The position numbers and the translations under genes are program-made. From Squalus acanthias (lineage: Eukaryota): a DNA stretch of 64,000 bases. Of the stretch, positions 1 to 11,198 are shown piece by piece (the first letter of the stretch is position 1; each line of letters opens with the position of its first letter). The DNA lies in NCBI GenBank assembly GCA_030390025.1, contig CM059425.1:169386001-169450000 (forward strand). Direction: 5' to 3'. Below the pieces are notes generated by a model. The model did no database searches, was not told where the DNA came from, and saw only the letters and a list, made by a program, of their open reading frames with translations.

Positions 1-1
1 G

Positions 2-178
2 TCTGCCCCTGCACAGCTTCCGGAGGAGCAGACTTTGGCGGGGCCCTCACAGGCTCCAAAACCCAGAGGACGACCACCAAAGGCGTCTAAGCAGGCACAG
101 CAGGGAAGTGAGCACGTTGCATCTGCATCTGCTGAAGCCACAGGGGTAGCACCACGTAGAAGCATGCGTAAAAGTTAG
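2..178 (+). pseudogene. C-terminal end of Harbinger Myb/SANT partner protein (SAPAQLPEEQTLAGPSQAPKPRGRPPK...RRSMRKS*)
   Basis: My frame-2 translation resembles the C-terminus of ORF 43062-43952 (AGPSRPRSGRGRP...PLRRSSRVR) and has the same position relative to the transposase. Confidence 0.7.
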
Positions 179-479
179 CTCCCACAGAAATAGTCACAAG
201 GGTAGTCACTTGGGTAAATTGCTATAAATGAGTGTTAAGATTCTGTTCTTTTATTTTGTTTTCATAAAGTAATGTTTTCTGAATGTTTGATTTTGTTGCC
301 ATATGTGTGGTTACAAATTGAAGTGACACAGACAAGGGTAAGGGCACATTTATTGTCCAGCAATGGTGGTATCAGTGCAAGGATTGAACAGTTCATTGTA
401 GAGATGCTCTATGGTGTTGCAGTGTGGTCATGCCAACCTTCATGTGCATGTGGCAGCCACATGTCTGCGCTGCATAAAG

Positions 480-1699
480 TTACATGAATCTGCCATTGAT
501 TAGGCCATCCCTGGCATCACGGGCAGCAATGTGCTCGTGTGCTGGTCGTACTGGGTCAGCCGCCTCCTCCAGGTCTTCCTCTTGCTGAACCTCATTCTGC
601 TCATCCTCCTCATCCTCCTCTGAAGAGGCTGTGCACTCCGCGCCTTCTTCATCATGCAGCGCTAATCCTGGCTGCAGTGCGATGTTGTGCAGGGCGCAAT
701 AGACAACGATGATTCTCGAGATCCTGGCTGGTGCGTACTGAAGGGCTCCACCAGATCTGTCCAGGCATCTGAAGCGCATTTTGAGCAACCCTATTTGCTC
801 TATGAGACTTCTGGTGGAAGTGTGGCTTTGATTGTAACGCTCCTCAGACTCGTTTCATGGCCTCCTCAACGGTATCATTAGTCACATCTTCAGGGGATAG
901 CCTTTATCTCCAAGGAGCCAGCCGTCAAGTTCGTTTGGTGGTGTGAATAGCTGAGGGACAGTGGACTGGCACAGGATGTAAGAGTCATGGCAGCTGCCAG
1001 GGAATCTCGCGCAAACATGCATGATGCTCTTCCTATGGTTGCAGACCAGCTGCACGTTAAGGGAGTGGAAGCCCTTGCGGTTGACAAATGCTGCTAGGTT
1101 CTGATGGGGTGCCCTGATGACCACATGTGTGCAGTCGATGACGCCTTGCACCTGTGGGAAGCCAGCCAGATTGACAAAGCCGAGCGCCCGCTCGGTAACA
1201 CTGACTACATCAGTGGAAAAATGGATGTAATTGGCGGACTTATCAAAAAGGGCATCAGTGACCTGCGTAATGCATCTGTGGGCGGCCGGGAGATGCCGCT
1301 AATGTCTGCTGCTGATCTCTGGAAGGAGCCTGACGCAAAGAAGTTGAGGGTGGTGGTGACTTTGACAGCCGTGTCCACCCGCTCCTCTTGCAGGACTTGC
1401 TTGAGCATGGTGCAATTGTCTGCGACTACCTGTATTGAAAGTCTCAGCCTCCTTTGGCACTGCTGCTCAGTCATGTTGAGGAAGCTCATCCTCTGCCTGT
1501 AAACCCTGTGTTAGGGGTATCTCCTGTGGCGCGGTGCAGCCCTGCGCTGACGGCCTCTGCCCTGTGCAGTATCAGGTGGTTGAGGAGAAGGTTGGTGCTC
1601 TTGTTGTTGGTGCTGCTGGTGTGCCTGGTTCTGCTGCTGCTGCGGATGATCATCTTCCGATCCTGAGGACCAGGGTAAGAGGGGATAAATCGTTCCCAT
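480..1699 (-). pseudogene. HARBI1-like Harbinger DDE transposase, frameshifted, with Q/H-rich N-terminus
   Basis: ORFs 1511-1699, 1205-1489, 882-1151 and 480-788 carry [54 protein letters not shown] and CALHN. Confidence 0.92.
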
Positions 1700-1791
1700 T
1701 CTGCTGTTATATATGGCAGTTGAGGATGAGATGGTAGAAGCAATCAGTCAATGGGGAGAGATGTTATTCCAAGGAGGTGACAGTGCATATA

Positions 1792-2685
1792 GGGGTAGAA
1801 ATTAGGTCGCGCCCCATTTGGGGCGCAAATATCGTCCGGACGCAAATATTAGCGCCTGGCGCTAATTATCGGCACTGATGGGAAACTTCACTTTTAACGC
1901 CCCGGGAGGTGAGTGGAGCGCTAAAGCAGGCGCTGCACACCTCTCTTAAGGCGCAAAGGCCGAGCAGTGAGGCGCTAACTCGGAGCGCTGGCGAAGCTCA
2001 TGTAATGTCAGTCAGCAATGGAACACACACACAATGGCACGGGCCAGTTCTTAAAGGGGATGGTTAATCTTGCTTTCCATCCACATCCTGTTCATTGCTG
2101 CCTTGAATCTCGGCCTGGAGAGACTTGCACATCAAATGTGCTGGAAAGAACAATGGAGAGCACCAGGCAAAGAGCTCAGAGTGCAGCTCCCACGGTCTCT
2201 GCTAAATCGATACAAGGAATGGCAAATCAAAATGAACCTGCAAAGTGCTGCTCAGTACCCAAAACTCCTTCACACAACGTTGAATCTCTCCAGAAGTCTC
2301 TCCCTCTCTCTCTCAGAATGCGTAGTTCAAAAATGCCACCAACAATAAAAGACAGGAAGAGGCCCCCTTTAAATAGCGCCCCCCCCCAGCCCCACAGCGA
2401 TTGATAGCGTTCCAGTCTTCTGGTCGTTGGAAGCGCCAGGCGGTAAGGCAGGGGGCGCCACTCAATTTCCGCTACGGGGCGCCCCAAGGGCGTTGCACCA
2501 TGGAATGACGTCACAACCTGCGCGCGCAGTTGGTCGCAGCGGTAAGTTTTAGCGCCGCCGCACAATCTCAAGTTAAGTTCTCGAGCGGCGCAAACATCGC
2601 TGCGCCCGGGCGTTAGCGGCTTTGCGCCCCATTAGCGCCCTCTTAAGGCGCTAACGGGTGGCGCAACCAAGTGAATTTTTACCCC
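1792..2685 (+). mobile_element. Non-autonomous Harbinger (family B deletion derivative), 894 bp
   Basis: TIRs GGGGTAGAAATT / AATTTTTACCCC. Both ends closely match 41723-45903. Near-identical inverted copy at 9417-10310. Confidence 0.95.
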
Positions 2686-3369
2686 TAATTCTTTTATAGT
2701 ACAAATACCACATTGTCAAATTTGCATGCATAAGCTGGATACCACCAGCACCCTCCTCTGTGTCAAGATTTTCCCTCACTATAGCCATGACAATATTTCG
2801 ATTTGCCGACCGATTTTATAGCCTGGATCTTCCACCGTTGCTCCATTGGGCATATCTTCGGTGAGGCAGAACTTCAGCCCATCACAGAGATGTGCCCCTG
2901 ATCCCAGTAAATCCCCTGGCTTTAGGATCACTTAAAGGTCCACTTCCTAGCCTCTCCTGGGGAGTTGAGGCAGATGGGAAGGGGAGCAGAGGGGAGTTTT
3001 GTTGTAGCAGGCTTTCAAGATGGTGACTTACGCAAATATATAATTCCACTTATGCTGTCTGGCTGAAATCGTCTAACTCAGCACAGGTCGGAGGTTGATC
3101 CTGGGACCCTCTTGATCTGTATGACTCATTTTTTCTTGTCAATTTTGCCATTATTATGAGGACTGGAACAATCAATTAGGGCTTCTTCTTCCAGATTTAT
3201 TTTCGCTCTTTGGCCTGGGATTTTATCTGTTTTTTCACCTCTCCCAGGAGGTAACATGGTAGATTGGGAGTACCAGTATTGTGACGGATAAGGCATCACA
3301 ACTATATGAGACAGGCTGGATGGACCAGTTGGTCTACTTGTCCGACATTTTCACATGTTTGTATGTTGT

Positions 3370-3880
3370 TCATCTGATATGCGGATGTGTGGACTTTAGG
3401 TGAAAATATTGAATTTGGCTATAATTATTGCATGATCAGGTGCTCTATCATAGGAACATAGGAACAGGGTCGGCCATTCAGCCTCTCGAGCCTGTTGTGC
3501 TATTCAATCAGATCATGGCTGATCTGTATCTTAACTCCATCTACCCACCTTGGTCCCGTGACCCTTAATACCCTTACTAAAACAAAAATCCATCAATCTT
3601 AGTTTTGAAGTTTTCAATTGACCTAGCCTCAACACCGATTTGGAGGAGAGAGTTCCAAATTTCCACTACCCTTTGTGTGAAGGAGTGCATCCTGACATCA
3701 CCTCTGAACGGTGTAGCTCTAATTTTAAGGTTATGCCCCCTTGTTCTGGACTCATAACACACTGTTCGCATATGAAGACTAGCCATTTGGGAGAAGTACT
3801 GGAGGGCTGCTCTCATCTGTGGAAATGCTCCCCTGTGTAAATTGTTGCCTTCAGGAGAGGATGGAGAAGGGGAGAAAATC
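3370..3880 (+). repeat. Old SINE-like repeat, 3' part, interrupted by a CR1 fragment
   Basis: Shares degenerate motifs with 25440-26360 (-). Other pieces lie near 3050-3130, 39650-39790 and 53790-53950. Family not identified. Confidence 0.4.
3449..3753 (-). mobile_element. CR1 LINE 3' fragment
   Basis: ORF 3577-3816 reads ESRTRGHNLKI...FTQRVVEIWNSL. Tail repeat aggaacat and the ggccattcagcc 3' motif are present. Confidence 0.9.
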
Positions 3881-3882
3881 AG

Positions 3883-3957
3883 AGGGTGAACTTTCCTGAC
3901 CTTTGCACCTGGGAAACTGTTTGTTGCCTGGGGGCAAGCATTAGGAAAATCAGCCCT
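3883..3957. repeat. Short palindromic MITE-like element
   Basis: Inverted ends agggtgaactttcctga ... ttaggaaaatcagccct. Resembles the ends of 20688-20877. Confidence 0.45.
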
Positions 3958-6264
3958 GTTGTATTTTAAGTGGAGTCAAAGGAAACCCTCCCAATATTCA
4001 GCAAAGCATTACTGACAAAGAAAAACAAAATCATTCCAGGATTCTTGCAAGTGTTTGCAACAAGCCTTTGAAGCACACTGATTTTGTAGTTCAGCAGCTG
4101 CTTGAGGCAGCAAGGCCTATACTTATCCTTATTCATTATAATGGAATTTCAGTTTCTATAATATCAATATATGTAACAGAATTACACAAATATTCTTGTG
4201 TAACTCCTACAGAAAAGACTCATTAATGTTTTGCTATTTCTGTGAAGGGCTTTGTTCAAGTGGCTTTGTTGAAAAGTTTTTGTGTGCACTATACAGTGGA
4301 TGTTGAAATATTGAAACAATGAACAATTCCTCAAATAGCCAATGATTGCTTTGAACCTGAATAACTTGTTTTTACATATTTCCTTTTCTGCCATCATTCC
4401 CTGCTGACTTCCTTGTTTTTTCTTAGCATATATAAAACAATCCTAAAGGGATAATCCTGTCATATGAGAGCATTACTGGAGGGGTTGCAGGACTATGTGA
4501 ATGTATTATAATGTGCACAGCTAATATAGGCACAATAAAATTGTGGTAAAGTAAATAATTGCTTCCTTATTGGGAAAAAAACAAGAAAAAGGATTATTTT
4601 CAGAGATTCTGACTGAGCCTGAGAAACAAGCTTTTCATCTCATCAAAATGGCCTCTTTCATGTATTGTAAATGTCCCACAAGCCCAGATGTAAAAAGCAG
4701 CAGTCAATGGAAAATGCTCTCTGATTATAAAATGTATGAATTCTGATAACGTTGGAGTCCTTCAGTGAAGGTTAGTAGTGATGTGCAACATCAGCACTGA
4801 GCACCAATCATATGTCTGTGGAAATGCCAACTACAATGAATCCACAAAAAAAAGTTAAGTTGTTGCCCAACCCTGCAGCAGTGATGAAGTGGAGTGAATT
4901 TAGGAGGTCTTGGGTCGTGTAATTTGTGGCTTCCGGATGGTAATGCACTAACAAGATCAGAGAAGTGAGTGGCTGAAAATTGTTCAAATTAATATACCAG
5001 ATTGAGCTTGCAGCATGTGGTCAATGTTGTTGTGAGCTAGTGATGTTGTAAAAAGGTCACAATGTCTCATGTTAAAGGCATTCTTGGACACTCCTGACAG
5101 TGTTTACTGTTGTTCACGCAATATATTCAGGCTTAACAGACAATATTGGGCACATGTGATTCCTCTTTCGAATAAGTAATTTTTGTTTCCTAATAAAATA
5201 GTTCTAAATGTAAATTGTGGTTCTGAAGGTTACATGGTTCCTCTGTTACTATTTCATCCAGGAATTGGTAGAAAGTTAGGAAATGGCCTCTTTGAGGACA
5301 TTGCCTTTTGTTGATTGACTTTCAATTGGAATGACCTCATACATTATTTGGAAATAAATTATTTAAAAGTGCAAGGAAAGAAATAAAATCTGAACGCAGT
5401 TGTTTCATTTATCAGCATTAATTGATTGTGCGCGTGAGAATTTTCCATATTAGATTAATGGATAATCTCTTACTGCTATTTAGTGCTTTCCTGCACTGCA
5501 AAAGAATGGAATTCTTAGGCATTTTTTGCTATTGTTATCATTTAAATTACCTGCATAGCACATGTAGAAGCAAAGACTGTTGGAGCTCCTTGTCGTGGAA
5601 GTTCTCTGAGTGTGCAAATGAACTAGAATATAAGATTTCACTTTCCCTTTCATGCCAAAAGAAAAATGTTGCATCACAGTATTGAGAAGAATCAGCCACT
5701 CACCGTATTTACAAGTGCAAGGCAATTCTATATTGCTCTGCTCTCTGGCCCCTGGTCTTCCCAGGTAGACACCCACACTGGCTGAAAAAGTAAGGTCTCC
5801 AGGCCTTCACCAATGCTGTTCTAATGCAAAGGTGCATGACGGTTATCTATGGTGATAAATTAAATTTATTCTGTGGAAGCACCTGGCCTCTGCTCAACGC
5901 TTCCCCATGATGGCACAGCTGAGATCAATCAGTCAGGAATGAGCCATCTTTCTATCATTCAGTGGGATGGAATATTAATGCTCCAATGCAGTGCACAATC
6001 CCACCCATCCAATCTGTGATTTTAAATTCCATGCAAGTTGGTACTGGTCCAGTGAAGTCCATTGCACATTTTTATAAATATTTGGTTCTCCTTATTTGAA
6101 GAGGTGGGAGAATATGCTGATTTTGTTCTAATAATGTACTTTATCTCATCCCTTGGGATGTAGCACTAACTATTCAACCATAATCCCTGTCAGTCGGGTG
6201 GGAGCAGCGTATGTTGGCATGCTGAGTGTAATTGCAAGTTTGAGACACTCTGGTGAAAGACAAA

Positions 6265-7037
6265 GGGGTAAAAATTGAGTCGCGCCCCATTTGGGGCGCT
6301 AACCTCGCCGGGGCGTGACTTTTAGCGCCCCAAAAAAATTAGCGGCCCCGCGCCGGAACTTCAGTGGTTGCGCCCCAAGAGGGAAGCGGGGCGCCACTGG
6401 AAGCACCCCGCATCCCTCTTGGGGCGCTGCGAGGGAATATCCTGGCGCTACGTGCCGCAGCGCCAGGCGCTGCGGCACGTCGCGCCGCGGTATTGCAGGC
6501 CTTCCTCCCCTTCTTAAAGGGGAGGGACCCTGCGCAGCGCGAACCGGGGCCCAGCTGGGCCCCCAGGGATCGGGAGTGCCGGCAAAAGAGCCCGGCACTC
6601 AAGAGAAGTGCCGGGCTCTTGGAGCGCAGCCGGCACTTCACGGTGGGGGGGCTTCACGGGGGCCGGGGACAGCAACGGGGGCAGGTGCTGGCAGGCGGCC
6701 AGCAACAAAAATGGCCGCCTGCCACCTCCCCTTTAAATATCGCCGCCCCGGCCGCACGTACGCCTCCCTGAACCCGTCGGACATAGCGTCTGGTGGTAAA
6801 TCAGGGGGCGCGACTGAAGATCGCGGCTGGAGCGCGAGCGGGGTGCTGCGCACGGCGATGACGTCATCGCCGGCGGCGCAGCGCCACAGGGCGCTACCGG
6901 CTGGCGCCGCCGCTAACCTCCCGCTGAATTTTACGGGAGGCGTGGGCGGCGCTGCGCCCGGGCGTTAGCTGCTTTACGCCCCATTAGCGCCCTCTTAAGG
7001 CGCTAACGGGAGGCGCAAGCAGCTGAATTTTTCCCCC
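6265..7037 (+). mobile_element. GC-rich Harbinger MITE (family B-related ends)
   Basis: TIRs GGGGTAAAAATT / AATTTTTCCCCC, AAA TSD, subterminal gcgccccatttggggcgc palindrome. Inverted relative at 40906-41562. Confidence 0.92.
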
Positions 7038-8335
7038 AAAGGATATTAATCACTATTGTGATGTTTGAACCGAGGAGTCCTCGGTTACAAGGTTTTACGT
7101 GGCAATGGTTTAACTCTTAATTTTGTATAGTGGACCAGCTATGGGGTTACTGATAGGTAAAAATTGTATTGAGTGTTCTCTTCACCCACTGCAGGTAGGC
7201 AAAGGAAGAAATAAATTGCCTCCCCATATACAACAGTTACATATATAAATCAGTCCAATGGTACAGCCTTCTGTAATCACATAAATAAAGAGTTGTGCAC
7301 ACTGTCCTCTCTCCTACCTGCAGGCTCCAGATGCAACCGTTACTTAGAACGCTGCAGTGTTTTTCCAAACAGTTATATACTGTGGTTCTCATACTGGACA
7401 TGTCCATTGAGGATAGTAAGAGTTGTTTTTATAAAAGTTGCATAATCAATTCTTAAAAATTCTTAGCGGCAGAAAATAAAATTAACTAATTGTCCTGTGA
7501 TTGATGATCTTAATAATTATCATCTGGTTGCTCAGCATATTTTTCTGCAAATAGCTGCTGATATGCCATTGTCATTTACAGCCATTGATTCATAGATTTA
7601 CTGTATAGTTTACTGGCTAGCCAATCAAGGTTACTGTGTTTTTCTGATATACAGTCCTGGTGCAATTTTGGTTAACTGTGGAATGACGAGATGATGCAAT
7701 GCTCAATATGAAACTGAGGGAGAAGGAGAAGTAAACTAAGAAATATAAGGCCAATTCAGCCATCACACACTCCCAGCCAGAAGCCATGTTCAAAAGGAAC
7801 ACAGTTTGGAAATAGGGCTAGTGGCAATTCTCTATCTCATGCTCCCTTCGAGCTCAGCTTCCCAAAGGGATCGTGGGATTACTGAATTTACCCTGTAGAG
7901 TACATTTTGAATAATTGTTTCATACTACTATTATTGAGGACAAAGGTTTTGCATAATATGAGTGGTGAATAACAAAAGTAGAAAGCAATCAAAGTAATCA
8001 ATTAGACAGGAAAAAAGCAGAATTAAACACTTAATTGTAAAGGCGGAAGAAATATTACTGACATCTGGACAATCGTGACAGAGAAAAAAATAAAACATAA
8101 TGTGCTTGACAGGCACAAGAAATTTCATTACACAGAGTAACAAATATCTAGCAGTATGCTGCATTTTTGGAAACATAAGAGTAAGTAGTTAAACATGATG
8201 TTATAAAGTGCTCTCTGCTGTGCACCAATGCCTTGGGGCACCAGTGTGCTGTGCGTCAGAATGATAAGAAATCAGTTTGCAGTCTCGATTTCCCCACATG
8301 GGTAATTGCTAATCTTGACTGTGTAGAATGGAGAC

Positions 8336-8510
8336 GGGGGTGAATGTCCAAGGAGATTCTTCTGCTTTTCCACCATAACTTCACTGGAAGAGCTGCGGAA
8401 ACCCTGGAAAAATGGTGCAAACATCATTTATGCCATTTTTCCAGGTTTCCTCAGCTCTTCCGCCAAAGTTATAGAAGAAGACCGGAAAACTGTCATGGAA
8501 ATTCAATCCC
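8336..8510. repeat. Degenerate palindromic MITE
   Basis: Arms pair (gaagagctgcggaaaccctggaaaaatgg / ccatttttccaggtttcctcagctcttc) with gggggtgaat...attcaatccc ends. Relatives at 14041-14148 and 53238-53393. Confidence 0.6.
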
Positions 8511-8663
8511 TAACATTCCAACACAAGAGGAGGGAAATTGGAGATTGAAACTTGTACTTTCTAGCAGTCAGTTCACTGGGTTACTGCATCTATGAGGATT
8601 TTTTATTTAAAGCACAAAATTTGGAAGTGTAGGAAGTAATGGAGCTCACTCAATGATTATCAG

Positions 8664-8977
8664 TACATAGGATTACATAGGATATACAGCACAGAAACAG
8701 ACCATTCGGCCCAATCAGTCCATGCTGGTGTTCATGCTCCACTTGAGCCTCCTCCCGTTTTTTCTCATCTAATATGTCCCTCATATGCTCATCTAGCTTC
8801 CCTTTAAATGCAACTATACTATTCGCTTCAACCACTCCCTGCGGTAGCGAGTTCCACATTCTCACCACTCTCTGGGGAAAGAAGTTTCTTCTGAATTCCC
8901 TATTTGATTTCTTGGTGACTATGTTTTAATGATGGCCTCTAGTTTTGCTCTTCCCCACAAGTGGAAACATTCTCTCT
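8664..8977 (-). mobile_element. CR1 LINE 3' end, ending at a Harbinger insertion
   Basis: ORF 8650-8868 reads VRMWNSLPQGVVEANSIVAFKGKLD. tacatagga tail repeat. Confidence 0.88.
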
Positions 8978-9416
8978 GGCCGCTATTTTGCCAGCGCTCA
9001 GAGGGCGGGTTCAGAGGCAGGTCCGTTGTCAAAATCGCAATGATTGACGGCGGGTTGGGAACCCGCTGTGAGCCCGCCTCCATGTAAGTTTCCAAAGTGT
9101 CGGATCTGCGATTTCAGAACAGACTCGACACCAAGTGGCGGGGGAGGCATTTAGGATAGTTAAATGCTTGTTAAAGACTATTTTGCCAGCCTTTTTCTAT
9201 TTTCCCACATTTTCAACGGGGTTCACGTCGTTCGGAGATCACGTCAGGTAAGTATGTCGGGAGTTCAATCGAGCTGAATTGTTCCCAGCTGCAACTGTAT
9301 TATAAAATCTAACCTTTCACATCTATTCAGTTTGCAATGTCAGAAGTTGCTGATTTCAGGATTGGGAAGACACATTTGATCTGTATTGAGGCTGTAACTG
9401 TGTGGTGTAAACTCTA
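8978..9416. mobile_element. Displaced transposase-side terminus of Harbinger family A (belongs with 1-1791)
   Basis: Starts with TIR-like GGCCGCTATTTTGCC. Its reverse complement aligns by eye with 50440-50759 (cagatccgacac...ggcgggctcacagcgggttcccaacccgcc vs cagacccgacat...ggcgggttcacagcggggtcccgacccgct). Confidence 0.8.
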
Positions 9417-10310
9417 GGGGTAAAAATTCACTTGGTTGCGCCTCCCGTTAGCGCCTTAAGAGGGCGCTAATGGGGCGCAAAGCCGCTAACGCCCGGGCGC
9501 AGCGATGTTTGCGCCGCTCGAGAACTTAACTTGAGATTGTGCGGCGGCGCTAAAACTTACCGCTCCGACCACCTGCGCGCGCAGATTGTGACGTCATTCC
9601 ATGGTGCAACGCCCTTGGGGCGCCCCGTAGCGGAAATTGAGTGGCGCCCCCTGCCTTACCGCCTGGCGCTTCCAACGACCAGAAGACTGGAACGCTATCA
9701 ATCGCTGTGGGGCTGGGGGGGGGCGCTATTTAAAGGGGGCCTCTTCCTGTCTTTTATTGTTGGTGGCATTTTTGAACTACGCATTCTGAGAGAGAGAGGG
9801 AGAGACTTCTGGAGAGATTCAACGTTGTGTGAAGGAGTTTTGGGTACTGAGCAGCACTTTGCAGGTTCATTTTGATTTGCCATTCCTTGTATCGATTTAG
9901 CAGAGACCGTGGGAGCTGCACTCTGAGCTCTTTGCCTGGTGCTCTCCATTGTTCTTTCCAGCACATTTGATGTGCAAGTCTCTCCAGGCCGAGATTCAAG
10001 GCAGCAATGAACAGGATGTGGATGGAAAGCAAGATTAACCATCCCCTTTAAGAACTGGCCCGTGCCATTGTGTGTGTGTTCCATTGCTGACTGACATTAC
10101 ATGAGCTTCGCCAGCGCTCCGAGTTAGCGCCTCACTGCTCGGCCTTTGCGCCTTAAGAGAGGTGTGCAGCGCCTGCTTTAGCGCTCCACTCACCTCCCGG
10201 GGCGTTAAAAGTGAAGTTTCCCGTCAGTGCCGATAATTAGCGCCAGGCGCTAATATTTGCGTCCGGACGATATTTGCGCCCCAAATGGGGCGCGACCTAA
10301 TTTCTACCCC
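9417..10310 (-). mobile_element. Non-autonomous Harbinger, inverted near-identical copy of 1792-2685
   Basis: Identical 128-aa and 92-aa spurious ORFs appear on the opposite strand. Same TIRs. Confidence 0.95.
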
Positions 10311-10469
10311 TTAATGTTTTGTACAGGTTTGCTTGGACCATGACAACTCAGCGAAAAACCTCACATTGTGGAGTTTTTATCCAGTCATCTGTTTACAATC
10401 CCATACATTCTGTACCAGAAGGTTTCTAAAGCTCGGAAATGTAATTTGGAAATTAGGAATAGATGCAGA

Positions 10470-10690
10470 GTTAATAAAAGGCTATTTCACCCAAAGGATA
10501 ATAGTCATATGGAATACATTACCAGGGAAGGCTATTGAAGCAAATAGGATAAATGTGTTCAATAGACAACTGGACATGTTTCTGGAGAAGGAGGTGATTG
10601 ATGGATATGGGTGCGCAAGCTTGGCATTGAGATCAATCAAAACGAAGGTAGGCATGTTGACAAAAGTGGCATTCTCCTGTTGCTAATAAA
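10470..10690 (+). mobile_element. Old CR1 3' fragment
   Basis: ORF 10333-10686 contains YFTQRIIVIWNTLPGKAIEA...FNRQLDMFL. Confidence 0.7.
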
Positions 10691-10814
10691 TCTTATATTT
10701 CCTAATAAACATACTGATACCCCTGGTAATTAACTGTAGACGATCACTCAATAATTATAGCATGACCATTAATGCCTTAGTGTGAATATCACTACCAACT
10801 GCATTAAAAATTCT

Positions 10815-11118
10815 TGCTATTCCGGGAACTCTGCGTTCCTCCAAATCTGGCCTCTTATGGATCCTCAATTTGCTTTGCCCCTCTATTGGTGGACATGCCT
10901 TCAGCTATCTACACCCTAACCTCTGGAATTCCATCCCTAAACCTCCCTGCCTCTCTATCTCTTTGTCCTCCTTTAGACGCTCCTTCAAACCTACCTGTTT
11001 GACCAAGCATTTAGTCATCTGTCTCGGTGTCAAATTTGATCTGATAACACTCCTGTGAAGCGCCTTGGGACATTTTACTACGTTAAAGGCTTTATATTAA
11101 TGCAAGTTGTTGTTGTTG
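10815..11118 (+). mobile_element. L2 LINE 3' end
   Basis: GGHAFSYLHPNLWNSIP, followed by a gtgaagcgccttgggac...aatgcaagttgttgttg tail. Confidence 0.8.
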
Positions 11119-11198
11119 CTATGCCAAACACCACCATTATTAAAAGTAGACTTCAATTTTAACAGGTACTTTTATCAGTCATTAGTTGTAATAATATT

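Larger units (their letters stand above)
1..1791. mobile_element. PIF/Harbinger DNA transposon (family A), internal part; cut by the window start and by an inversion breakpoint
   Basis: Minus-strand HARBI1-like transposase fragments converge on a plus-strand Myb-partner C-terminus. 1620-1790 aligns by eye with 50180-50340 of a related element. Confidence 0.9.

Noticed and set aside
6299..6968. Overlapping 100-217 aa ORFs as genes
   Set aside because: They are a by-product of very high GC content in a MITE and show no recognisable domain.
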